A stretch of 64,000 nt of DNA from Chrysomallon squamiferum (Eukaryota > Animalia > Mollusca): positions 12,958,001 through 13,022,000 of the forward strand of contig CM022665.1 of the NCBI GenBank assembly GCA_012295275.1, read 5' to 3'. Shown here piece after piece: positions 1 to 14,122 of the stretch. Below the pieces are notes generated by a model that searched no databases, was not told the DNA's origin, and saw only the letters and a list, made by a program, of their open reading frames with translations. The position numbers were made by a program, and so were the translations under genes. Position 1 is the stretch's first letter; every line of letters starts with the position of its first letter.

Positions 1-435
1 GCAATTTTTACGCAAAGCCCGAGATTCAGAGGATCCATAATGACAAAGCAGTCCAGGTCACGCGACATCAACGGCGCTTTCTGATTGGCTCAGACCGGTG
101 TTGACAAACATTGGAGAACGGTAAATTTCAGCTAATTCAGTTCGATTAAATAACTAAAATTCATGAGTATTAGCAACTTGCTTAAAAATACAGTACAGGT
201 TTAGAACTCTTCATTTTGATATATAATACATGTATAGTGGATTGAACCTATATGAGATATTCATTATTTATGATGCAAAATGACAGAAACGGATCACACT
301 TTCTCAGCAGATTATCATTATGAAGGAAAAATATCCGCAACTTTTATTCCGATACATATTCGTAATTTTTTTCGCATCAGTATTATCAAAGACATCTTCA
401 TATCATTCTAATATTAATGTTTTGCTCTTTCTAAT

Positions 436-1147
436 GATTTTTTGCTTTGAGCTGCGAGCCAAAATCCGAGTTACGAGCTAGATTCAGATACGCCGCCGCT
501 AGTTGGCGCGGCGAACACAACATCCAGCTAGCATCTTACGTCTCACTTGTTTGCTTCACGTGGTTACCTCGCCGTGGAAGCATCTCTGTTGTGTTGTGCT
601 CGCGTTTTATGCGTTATTTTGCCAAATTTCCATGCATCCTTAGAAAGTGAGTGCAAAGGACAGTACTGAGAAGAAGAAGCGGATGACGTCCATTGCATTA
701 AAGTATGAAATCATAGAAAAACATGAGAGGTGTGCGTGTAGTCAAAGTGGCTAGGCAGTACGAGTGTAGTACTTTTATGATATGAACCGTACTGAAGCAG
801 AAGGAGTCGACAAAGGCTGTATGTCCAGCCAAAGGCCTTAAAATAATTTCTGAGCTGAGGACATCTGTCCATGAAGAGATGGAGAAACCCTAACCCTGTA
901 CACTTTACAATAGCAATTTATTTCTTTACATTCTCTTTTATTTTGTTTTTATGCAATATTTGTTATTTATACATACATTTTTCTTATTTAAAAACACTTT
1001 AAAAATAACTGGGGTGGCTTTGGGGGAAGGAACGGATTAATGGTATTTCAATTAATTTCATTTGGGAACACTGATTTGATATACGAGTTTATTTGAGTTA
1101 CGAGCTCTGTCACAGAACAAATTAAACTCGTAAGTCAAGGCACCACT
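436..1147 (+). mobile_element. Tigger/pogo-family DNA transposon remnant (internally deleted, left end truncated)
   Basis: 632-888 translates with stops and a frameshift to MHP*KVSAKDSTEKKKRMTSIALKYEIIEKHER-VRVVKVARQYECST..VLKQKES..PAKGLKIISELRTSVHEEMEK, a CENP-B/pogo N-terminal HTH. The right TIR ...CTCGTAAGTCAAGGCACCACTG is followed by TA. Both ends match the copy at 39608-40105. Confidence 0.85.
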
Positions 1148-1268
1148 GTATATATATGTATGTATACGTGTGTGTGTGTGTGTGTGTGTGAAGGTATGTA
1201 TGCATGTATACATGTATTAATGTTTTTTTGAAAGTGTGTTTGTGTCTATATATATATGTGTGTGTATG

Positions 1269-1304
<36 letters not shown>

Positions 1305-1405
1305 TGTACGTTTGTATGTATGTATGTATATGTGTGTGTGTGTCTGTGTGCATATATATATGCATGTATGTATGTGTGCACAAAGTATGTAAGTACGTAT
1401 GTATG
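1148..1405. repeat. Compound (TA)/(TG)/(TATG) microsatellite
   Basis: Seen directly; produces the spurious VCMY/HTYI ORFs. Confidence 0.95.
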
Positions 1406-1700
1406 CTTGACAAAGTAATTTTCGTATTCCACTTCTCTACACACACTGAAAGAACAAAAACATAAATATTTATATATTTCTTTATTATCACTTATATTTA
1501 CTAAGGAATACTGCAAGGTGGTTTCATCATGGGTTATACCAATCATTTATAACTTGCTCCGGATAAATAAACAACTTTTAAGACATTGTTTGAAAATTAC
1601 ATAAACTATTCGAGGTCCTTGAAATGTTCCTGGTGGCTTCTAACTTCAAACTCACTCGTCAATAACAATTCTAGTTACATTTTACACGAAGACAGATGTT

Positions 1701-2277
<577 letters not shown>

Positions 2278-3060
2278 CTGAAATAAAATTATTTAAAAAC
2301 AAATGAACAGTAAACAAAATGAATAATCATCATATTCATCATTATTATAATAATAATAATAATAACAAAATAATAATAACAATAATAATAACAACAACAA
2401 CAACAACAACAACAACAATAATAATAAATATACAGACAATTCAATATACTCACACACTGTTGTCACTAAAACGAGAAAAAGTGTCACCAACATCTTGCCA
2501 ACATCCAAAACACAGACAACACTGACTGAAAAAACATCAAACACATTTACTTTTAAAACGTTTTAGAAATATTTGAAATATACTTACCCAAGCAGCAATA
2601 AAAATACACGAAGATGTTTTTGTTTGTTTTGGGAAATCGGTATCAGATGAAATGTCAGAAGTGTTTACACATAAGTATTCAAAAGGTATCATTTATGTAT
2701 TTTTATTTTATGAAAAGATCTTGTGGTTCGATGGCTGTTTCAATAACAAAATTAATTTTCTAATAAGAATGGTATAAGAATTCTGAGGTATATTAAATGG
2801 GAATATTTTAATGGTACGGTTGTAAATCGTGTTTCGAAGTGTTTATTTTTATCAAGGAGCACTGAATAATTCTGATGTTAAATTTGTCGTGAAACCCATG
2901 TGAATTATTGTGTTTGTTGTATAGATGTTGAATGTTGTGTTCTAAATATTGAAGAATTAATATTTAACAGAACATTATAAAAAAAAAAAATAATAATAAT
3001 AATAATAATAAATAAAATAAAATAATAAAATAGAATTATAAATTAAATAAACAACAAGAA

Positions 3061-3095
<35 letters not shown>

Positions 3096-3329
3096 AGACA
3101 TGAAAAAAAAAAAAAAAAAAAAAAAAAAATAAATAAAAATAAAAAATAAACCGGAAGGAATAATAAATTGAAATAGCTAATAATGCCAGTCGTATTAAAA
3201 ACAACAACAAAAAAAAAAAAAAAAAAGCATCAAAAAAAAAAAGCAAACAAACAAAAAACAAATAAATAATATATACACGCATAAATGCTCTCTCTCTCTT
3301 AGACCTTGAAACGCTCAACAAAATGTCTT

Positions 3330-3857
3330 ACACTTGGCATCATGATCATCTGACTTTTGACTCGCTCAAACAGTAACATTTCCAGTGTTTGTACAAACGG
3401 ATATAAGCATTAAAGAGACAAAATGAAGCTAGATAATAATTCTTCATTACTACGGGATCGATCATTTCGAATCATTAAAAACAGTAAAACGTTTATTTTG
3501 TCACAATTACCAACTAGCTAATAAAAGCCGACGAAGACCTGAAACGTTGTTATGCTCTGCACATGCGTACAGCAGCATTTTTCTTCAAAAGGTGACGCCA
3601 TTTGTATAAATACTTTGTGAATTTGGAATGGAAGATTAACAACGTAAATTATCGTTAAAGCATGATAATTATGATTTTATTCCATTACAGTAGAAGTCTC
3701 CTTGACTGCATCTTACATTATATCTTCAGCTGATTTTAAATTAGCCCGAAAGAAAACACAACAAAATACTGTAAACCTCGTACTTGACAAAAGGAAAAAC
3801 AACAGAAAAAAGAAGAAAATAATAAAATTCCCCGGTCATTAATAGAAAATGAGATGA

Positions 3858-3905
<48 letters not shown>

Positions 3906-5230
3906 TTATTAGTAATATCATGATCACTATTCTCAGCTGTAAGTTATCAGAATAGTCAGAAATAGACTTATTCAAAATATGAAAATCGTCGTCTGGATCA
4001 GGAATACAAATTTATGATGTATGATTGTTTATTTGGTTGAAACACAGACAATTTTCATATTTCCAGAAAAACAGAAATCCCCAGTTAACTCTTGTTCTGA
4101 AATACGCGGAGAATAAAAACTACGTTATGGCAGAGAAGAACTGTTTATCTCTGAATTATCAGTTCTTTGCCTTATGCATATGAACGGCCGTCAAGAGCAG
4201 CATTCAGTAACCTGTCTTCATGAAGACGCATACAAAAGACCTTGCCGCCACTGATAAATAAACAAATGGAAAAAAAAACAAAAAAACAAACAAACAAAAA
4301 AAAAAAATAAAAATAAAAAATAAAAAAATCAACAAACGAAAAAATAAAAAAAATAAAACAAGAAGAAAAAACCCTCAAAAACTCATTGACTTATTTAAGA
4401 TTCTTTGAAATTTATTTATTTATTTATTTATATTGCAGAAATTGTAGTGGGGAATATAATAGGTAGAACATTAAATGGATGTTTTAGTCATCTGCATTGT
4501 TTTCTTTTATATTTGTTTTCGTAAAAAAAAATTAAAAGTTTTATATTGTTCTGATTTGTAACGAAACCATGTATTTGTGTATGTATATGTTTGTATGTAT
4601 ATTTGTTTGTGTGTGTGTGTGATATCTATCTATTCCTCAGTCTGTATCTTTTTATCTGCCTGTTTGTTTGTCTAGTTATATCATTCTTATGCTTTCCTGC
4701 CTGGTGGTCATTCAGTCAGTTTGTCTCAATGGCTGTTTGTTTGTTTGTCTATTAGTGTAATATATCTATATGCGATAATTACCTGAAACATCATATATTG
4801 TTAGAGCAAATCAATAAATAAACTGATTAAATATTAAAAATAATAAAAGTATATACTATTTCGTGTCACACAAAGATTTTTAAAAATGCAGTAGTTTAAA
4901 ATGCTAATTTAATGTATTTTTAAGTATATGGTTTTTTTTTGGTGCAGTGATGATGACTATCTTGCGTTTTAAATGCAGTATATTGTATATATAAACCAAG
5001 AACAGATATCAGAAACCAGCTTGATACTTTTCAGCTGCTACTGTACTGGATTTTACCAGTTTTATTTGATGCAACAATACAACACAATTACAGTTGTGTA
5101 GATAATGTCGGCGAATATCGTCAGTTATTGATCTGTGAAAAGAAATACTATTGTCCTGGTCTTATTCTCATGTATAACATCCGATGTTCCACGCAAAAAT
5201 TCGACGTCATCATGATGGTTTGCTTGTGTG
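3330..5230 (-). pseudogene. Decayed CUB-CUB-LDLa-TM-like gene relic
   Basis: Minus-strand fragments in order: HYLHNCNCVVLL (5107-5072, CUB start-like); KVFC..RSYA*GKELIIQ (~4250-4150); CLCFNQ..ICIPD..SISDYSDNLQLR (~4095-3930); CSQGDFYCNGIKS*LSCFNDNLRC*SSIPN..FEEKC (~3710-3575, LDL-receptor class A pattern); hydrophobic segment ~3450-3390. Many stops and frameshifts. Confidence 0.45.
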
Positions 5231-5789
5231 ATACTTTCTTTCATTTTTTTTTTTTTTTTCTCCAGTGGTCCAATGAAAAATAGTTATATTTGTAGCTGAG
5301 CCTATACGTGTAAACTATAACTAAAAACATTCGGAACTGATAGACTAAAAATAATTTCCATTTTTGTCAGAATTTATTCAGCTGGAAAAAAGCAGTGGTG
5401 AACAAACTACGTTTTAAGCTCTCTGAAATGTAAGGAATTACAAAGATTAAATGAAAATGGAAAAATGATTAAGTTTCGTTTTGGAAGCTGACTAGAGACT
5501 GAATATTTCATTTCAAATACTGAACAGTGCTGCTGTTTTTTTTTTGTTGTTTGAGGAATTGTCGTATTCTTGAAACCTATTGAAATTGTAAACACTGTGA
5601 GTAAAAGCTTCTGGTGAAACTAAAGAATACCGAAATGGAAAAATTATTATCTTCTTTTTTGAAAACTAAAATGGGACCAAGGATATCATTTGTTATAAAT
5701 TTATTTTAATTCCTCGACATTTGTTAAAATTTAAACAGGATAGTACCTACGTGTTTCTTTATGGTCTTTTTTAGTTTTTAAATTTCACA

Positions 5790-8700
5790 ATGGCGAAACC
5801 GTCAAATAAAACCTCTGAGGGATCAACCCTTGACCTTTTGCGTGATTTCGCTGAAAAAACGAGTATGCACGGAGCTGGCCGAGTCGTGTGCAAAGGTGGA
5901 ATCTTCAGAAGGCTGATTTGGTTTTTCATCGTTCTCACTGGGTTTGGTAAGTAACGTTTTACAACAACAACAACACACACACTCACAGAGAAAAAAACAC
6001 TTAATATTCCATGTTTTGTGAATAAAATATATACGTTTTCAAAATCTAAATTCCTTTTAAAAAATATAATAACATGTTGCCACCTAATCCAGCCTTTACA
6101 TTTTCGCCCAAATTATCTAATCCCAAAGAAGTCAACGTATAAACACGGCCTTAAACCAAAATCCTAACTATAAATCTTAATCTATCTGTAATGGAAAAAT
6201 AATTTTAAAATATATGCTGAATTTATTTTATATTTTTTCAAGCTATTGTTTTATTTGTTACTAACTTTTGCAAATAATAAAAGTTTAATTGTTAATTAAA
6301 AATCTCACAAGGATATAAATTTCTTCATCTTTTTCATGATAACATTTCGTGTTTTAAAATATATTTTACAAATATTTATAGTCTATATAAAAGATAGCAT
6401 TGTCTATCTAGTAAAAATTGCCAGCGTTCTTGAGAACATATTTAATTTTCATAATGTATTTCTGGCAAAAACTGGTCGCCAAAGAAGAAAGAAAGATTAA
6501 TGTAGAGGTATAATTTGAAATGTAGAAGATATTGCTATAGACAACAGGTAAATTCTCTCAAATGATATTGGAAATATATGATATAAAATGTACACGTGAA
6601 GTCCGTACTCGGTATAAATAATGTTCTGTATCGAAAATCAGTTTATAGTATATACAATGGACATATAAAGTATAATACACTCGAGATAATGTAATATATT
6701 AATATATGATCAAAAGCAATAACTGAATTGAGTCAAGACTCTTTAGACTACATTGACAGACCTTAGAGAAAGTGAATGGTTTATTAAAAACCATTACAAG
6801 ATGTTAAACATGAACATAAAACAAGAAAATATGTTACACTCGCTGGCTCTCTCTCTCTCTCTCTGTCTGTCTCTCTCTCTCTGATACACTGTCTATGACT
6901 GTCTCTTTCTTTCTCTCTTTCTCTTTCTCTCTGTTACTCTGTCTCTCACTCGCTTAATAAGTTACTTCGACTCTGTCTCTCTCATTTAAACTGTATACAT
7001 TTCAGTGTTGATGAGTGCTGTTAAAGGTGTGTATATGCTTATCATAGTTAAATCCACACCCATATTAGACCAAAATAAATTAATTATAATAACATTACCT
7101 CTGATGTAAATCTATAACGATTATTATTTTAAAGAAAGCCACTTAAAAATTCTATTTACTCTTATTAATATAACATTTAAAGCTATAAAACAGAAATGAA
7201 ATCTATTATTAGATAACGTTTTTTACATTAACTATAATGTATTTTTATTAGCATGTAATTAATGTCTTTTAATTCATTATATCCTTGGTATACCTAGATC
7301 GAATGTGTGTGTGTGTGTGTGTGTCTGCGTGCGTATATATGTGTGTATGTATGCGTGTGTATGTATACATATCTGTATGAATGTTTTTATTCTGTATGTT
7401 TTGATGTAGAAAATATGTATATATATGTATGCTGTTCGCTTATATATCTATATATCCATAGACACACACACACACACACACATTTATATACACACGCAGA
7501 TATATATAAATATGTTTGTGTGTATGTGTGTAAATATACATATACATACACACGTATAAACATATATACAAAAAAACCACGTTCGAATATACATTGTGTA
7601 CATACATACACATACATACACACACATAGGTACAAACATACACATACACACGTACACGCACATACACATACACACATACACGCACATACACACGGATGCA
7701 CATACATACCAGGCACGAATATATACTAACATTAACACGGACAGAGGTACAGAATTAAAACGATAAACTCTAAAGATACCGAAAAAGACGGTGATAAAAC
7801 AACCATTCTTATTTCTGGGACATTTCTTCAATGGAGTACACTGGATTTGCTCACCAATGTTTGGATCAAAGATTCCACAGAAACCGTTCATCTTGAATGG
7901 CAAGTAAGACAACAATAAACCACTGATACCAGATACTGCACCAATTCATTACAGGCGTCTTAAACGATCACATTAATGTTGATTTTATGCATTGTTTCTC
8001 GTAATTGCTATTAGAATGACGTTCTAGAAATTACTGAAGAGACGGGTGAAAGGGAATAACAAAAATAAAACGTAAAAAGAAATTATGTATTGGGATTGGC
8101 TGGATGTTTTTATTAAAATATTTACTGGGTCAGTTACGAGACAGAATATATATGACAAGAAAACAAAATTCTGTATTGGTTAGATTCAAATTTCATACCC
8201 CCATATTATCTGTTTTGTTTTTTTGCATTTCTTTTATTATGAATTAAATTTTAAACGTTTTTTTCTTTTTTCAAATGTCTGAGCTAGTTATTAAACTTCA
8301 ACCGTATGGGTTGTTTATGTAAACATTCTTCTCCCTGTTTTTGGTTCTTATTCTGCTTCATTCTTTTTGTTATCGTAATGGTGAGGATAATCATCATCAA
8401 TACTGTTTTTGTCATCATCATCATCATCATCATATTTTCGGAATGCTCTTGTTGCTCTCCTTTTTCTCCTATTACATCTTCTTTCTATTATTATTTTCGT
8501 CTTCTTTGTATTTACCATCATCTTTGTTCTTCTTTGTTTTTCATCATCGCATTCTTTTTTTCTTCTTATGCGTATTCTCCTTCTTCTTCTCTCAGTTTCC
8601 GTGTTTTCTTCTTCTTCTTTACATGCTATTTAATTCTTCTTTCGATTTTCTTCTTTCTCTTCTTTTGCGTCTTGTTCTTTCGTGACCCTGTTGGTTCTTC

Positions 8701-9194
8701 GCTTATATAATTACATCAAAAGCTTTGCGGTTAATATTTGAAGTAATTTTATTAATTGTCTCTCAGTACATTTCTATAAAAAAAAAAAACAAAATAAACA
8801 GCAAAATAAATTTATTTATTTATTTATTTTTTTTTTTTTGTTGCTTCCTAAATTAAACGCATCGAAATAATTTTATCTTTCGCTGGGAGTAAATTAATAA
8901 ATAACTAAAACTAAAAATACTGTTTATTTTATGTCAGCCTCTCTGTATGCCATTTCTGAAAATAAAATTACTCCCAGACTTCTGTTCTCTGATATACAGG
9001 TTGTTAGGTGAAACGAATCTTCAAAGCAGACGTGATGTCAAACAGAATCATGTTAGTGATTACAATTTCCATACATCAAGTAATCGAAGTAATTAGAATA
9101 TGTCATCTTGTTCTCGTCAAATGTATAAACTGGAAAATAAGTCATGCAAAGAAGAGATATATATTTTTATATATCTATGTATCTCTCTGTCTGT

Positions 9195-9232
<38 letters not shown>

Positions 9233-10145
9233 GTCTATCTATTTATGCACATACAAACATACGTACGTACGCAAATACACATACAAGCATACATACATAC
9301 ATAAATACATACATAAATACATACACACGTACAAACATACATACATACATAAACAAACACACTTCAAAAAAACATACATACATAAATACATACATACATA
9401 AACACATACATACATACACACATACATACATACATACACACACATATACATATGAAATACATTTACAAAAGCTCATTTATGCATTACATAAATTAGAATT
9501 ATATAATATTTATATGAGATCATCATTCATCATTCTACAGCCGTACTGTCATCATGTTAAGTGAAAGCTTCGGCGTGTTGTTTGTAAATCTGCGTTTAAT
9601 GTTATCCTCGGCCAAATATACTTGTTCTCTCTAATACACATCTAGTTCTTCTTCCACTGTGTCGCTGCATACCCTTGTAATATCGGACGTGCTTACGCAC
9701 TCATACACGCACACACGAATGAACAATAAAACAGTCATTAAACTGTTTATCGAATGAATTTTTGTAGAATCGAAAACAGCCGTGTTTTAACGATAAATCA
9801 ACATTTGTCTAACGATAATTTATTTATATGTGTTTTTACCATTCGTATTCAGTTCTTAATGGATATTAGTATTAATGGTCCTCTCACTCTCTCTCTTTAA
9901 TTTTATTGTCATTTTTATGTTTTCTGGACGCTTTGAAATACTTGAATTAGTTTTAATAACTGGTCAGCCAGTGCATTTCTGTTTGTACAGTTGTTAATTG
10001 TAGAACAAAGCCGAAGGGAATTTATTGTTGTAAACAAAATTAGACAGAATCAAACTGCTATGAGTCAAAATCAATCAACTAATATATTCGTACCTTCCTA
10101 TCTGTCTACCGCTCTACATTTCTGTTTGTCGTCTCTCTCTTTTTT

Positions 10146-10184
<39 letters not shown>

Positions 10185-10347
10185 GCGCGCATTCACACAC
10201 ACAAATAAATAAATGAACGAACGACCGAAAAGGAATAATAAAAAAAACCAGCAAACAGACAAATAACAAAACAAGCAAATAATGAATAAAAATAAAAATA
10301 TGTTTAGGTGCTTAATCTCAAATATGTTTCCTTATAACAAAAATACG

Positions 10348-10391
<44 letters not shown>

Positions 10392-12503
10392 ACATTATCA
10401 CCATCATCGTCCTCTTTGGGCCAATCTGGCAGATACCTGTATATCAAAATGACATCAGAAAAGTGCATTTAAAAATCAAATTACGGCAGGGTGTCTTGTA
10501 CTAATTCAAAACAGTCGTTATTCTTTGTAAAACACAGTTTTGCTGTAATAAAATGTGTGAAGCTGATAAGTGTAGTAGATAATAATCTTTATCCGTGAAT
10601 ACTGAACAATAGCTGAACAGATCTGGGGATTGAGTGTTGTTTAGAAATAATTATTAAAAAAAAAAACATGAATAAATCTTTTATAATTAATATTCCAGAT
10701 GTTCATGTAATAAAATTAACGAGAGTTTGTGTTTATGTATGTATGTGTGTGTGAATGTATGTATGTATGTATGTATTTTAGTATTTGAATATTCTCTGTC
10801 TTATGTACGTCTGATTAGACACATATACAATATTCGGGAACATACTGGCGCAGGATGACAAAGTCCAGTCACGACCTCACAAACCCGTCAGATGCCGCTG
10901 ACGAGACTCGAACGTATGAGGCACCCATTCGCCCGCACTCCGAAGGCGGACGTCATTGCCGTTTAGCCACCAAGACATCCTTAGGTATATATGTGTGTGT
11001 GTGTGTATGTATGTATGTATGCATGTATGTATGTATGTATGTATGTATGTATGTATGTATGAGTCTTTTAAAATTAATTTATCGATTCCAATCATTTGTT
11101 TTCTTTTATAATTATCCATCCATATAATAATTCTGCGTGCATAAGCTAACGAATTGCTAATAAATACTGATTCTTTCTGACTGCAGACAGAACGATAAAC
11201 CTAATACTTCGTGTACAGAACAAAACACAGTAACATATAAATGGGAAATAAATGATAATGAACTAATAGCACATTAAAACATGCATCAGAGAGTATCAAT
11301 GTACGGCTAATACGGAAATAAAACACGATGCACTGATATATCTAACCCAACTCGGCAACAAAAGTGTTAAAAACAAAGCACTTAGAGATCTGCCTCGGCG
11401 TACGCACAAACTGTGTTGTCAAATGCCTGGTTTAAATTGCAGTCATTAATGAATGTAGTGTTGAGACTGGGGTATGTGAGTATGTTGTGAAAACGAAGTC
11501 TGTATTAATAACACTTAATGTTTTAGTGCTTCTTTGTCAGAAAAGAAATATTTTTGTAATACTCTATCCATTAACACACATGTATTTGGGTTTTTTGTTG
11601 TTATTAGTCAAAGGAAGAGGAATTGGATGCAGAAATGTTTGATGATTAATAATTGTTAAAATGGATAATAAGATAATTGAAGACGGTTTTGATAATCGAG
11701 AAAGACCGGTATTATAATATAAATTTACTTATTATCAACTGTGTGAATTTGCGAAGAAAGCATTTAGTAACTGTTACTGATATTACTGTTATAGCGGTTA
11801 TTTATTTTTGTTGTTGTTTTATTTTATTTTCTAATTTATTTTATTATTATTATTTTTAATTATTTAATTGCTATCAATTATTTATTTATTTTTTATTTTA
11901 AGTTTTTATATTTTTGTAATTTCTTTTAAAAGATTATTTGCATTAAAGATTTTTTTTTTTTTTTTTTTTTTTTTTGTTGCTGTTATTGTTTTATATATAT
12001 ATATTTTTTTAAAGAAAACTACTTATTAAAAATCATTATGCTATCATATAAAATCGGAGGAGATAAAATCTAACAATTAAGCAGTGAAGGATTCTGAAAG
12101 AAGTAATCAAGTAATCTGTTAACAATAATACTATAAAAATAAGCAATATGTTGAACTGCAAGATCCACTTCTGTGAAGAGATACTAAAAAAATAACGGAA
12201 TAATTAAAATGCTATCAGAAACATCATAAAAGTTTTACAATTATTACACACAATAGATTTAGTAAAACACTGAATGAATTAATAAACCCCCAAATAATAA
12301 AGAAACCTAATAAACGCGAAAGGAAAACATCAGTGACGATTATATTATTTCCTTATGTGCTTAGAAGGAAAAACAACTACATATTATTACTCCAATAGTT
12401 TCATCGTGAATGACCGGCGAAATCCATTTAACGGTTATAGATTTGTACCAACTGACCATTATCAACCCAACACTTCTAACTGCAGAAGAATCACCATGTT
12501 ATT

Positions 12504-12596
<93 letters not shown>

Positions 12597-13739
12597 GATA
12601 CACAGATGGATAGACAGACCGACAGACAGTAGGATGGATGGATGCAGGGTGGATAGGTGTGCATGTATAGATAAATAGATAGATAGACAGAAAATAGATA
12701 GATAAACATATATAGACATACAGACAGACGGTGAATCAGACAGACAGACAGATCGAGAGAGATGATGTGTGTGTGTGTGCGCGCGCGTGTGTGTTGGTGT
12801 GTGTCTGCCTGTCTGCGCCTTTTTGTGTAACAGAAAATTGATATTTTGGAGTAGAAAACCTGTTTCTTGATCACATTACGTTCTTAAACAAATACTAAAA
12901 ATCAAATAATATCATTAAACAAATGTTCTTCAATTTAACTACTTGAATTAATATATCCTATCATTACATCTTTAGGCGTTCTAGAACTGCTTTTTTTCTG
13001 CGTTAATGAACACAATAGGAATTTCCTTTTTGCATTGTTAACACACACTAATATTTATAAAAACACCTAATCATTGTTGTGTCATTACTAATCGACTTTT
13101 CAATTACAGTTAAATGCTTACAAAAGAAAACATCTGGAAGTGAAGAATGTGTTTTCATTATTCCGTTGACGAAATGCTTCGTTTAGTTCAAATGTAAATT
13201 CTGTTATTAAATGGAAACATTAGGCAACTATCAGTCTTCGGCACGGAAGGAATTAATGCTTTATTGAACTATATACGTAGCATATTTTAATCTACTGTTA
13301 CATGACGTCATACTTGTGGTTAATGACCATACAAATAATGAGAGAGGAAACTCGATGTGGACAATGGAAGGACTACTTTTCCTATTAGCAGTAAAGGATT
13401 TTAGATAATCATATTCCCATATTTGTTGTTGTTTTGGTATTGTTATTAGTATTATTATTAACATTATTACTACTACTACTACTACTTCTACTACTATTGT
13501 TGTTTGTGCTGTTGGTAGTAGTGATGGTGGTGGTTTCGTCATAAATCCTACGTATGTACATGCATACCTACCTACCTACATACATACATATACACATACG
13601 TACACACATACATACATACATACATACATACATACATACATACATACATACAAACATACATACATACAGTAACTGTTACTGATATTATTGTTATTGGGTT
13701 ATTTATTTATAATTATATAATTGGTACTATTTTTAAAAT

Positions 13740-13782
<43 letters not shown>

Positions 13783-14083
13783 TTCTTAAAGTTTTTTTTT
13801 TTTTTTTTGGGGGGGGGGTATTTTTTTAATTTCCGATAAAACATTATTTGCATTATACATTTTTTTTTTTTTTTCTTTTGGTGTTGCTATTATTTTTGTT
13901 TCTATCATTTCATTATACCAGCTTTGTAAAGTTAAACACCCACAAATGAAAAATAAAAGAAGCAAATAAATATTCATAGAGCTAAAACTTCCTTCAAAAA
14001 TCACAAAAGTAAAAAACAAACAAAAAACATATATATATAAATATTTTTAAAAATACTTCAGTAAAAACAAAACAAACAACAAA

Positions 14084-14122
<39 letters not shown>

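Noticed and set aside
3520-3560. CCGACGAAGACCTGAAACGTTG, resembling a minimal hammerhead ribozyme core
   Set aside because: Core mismatch (CCGA instead of CUGA), no convincing stem I, and it lies inside the LDLa relic.
10900-10980. Possible tRNA gene
   Set aside because: Has A/B boxes but no clean cloverleaf, and continues into a SINE-like body.
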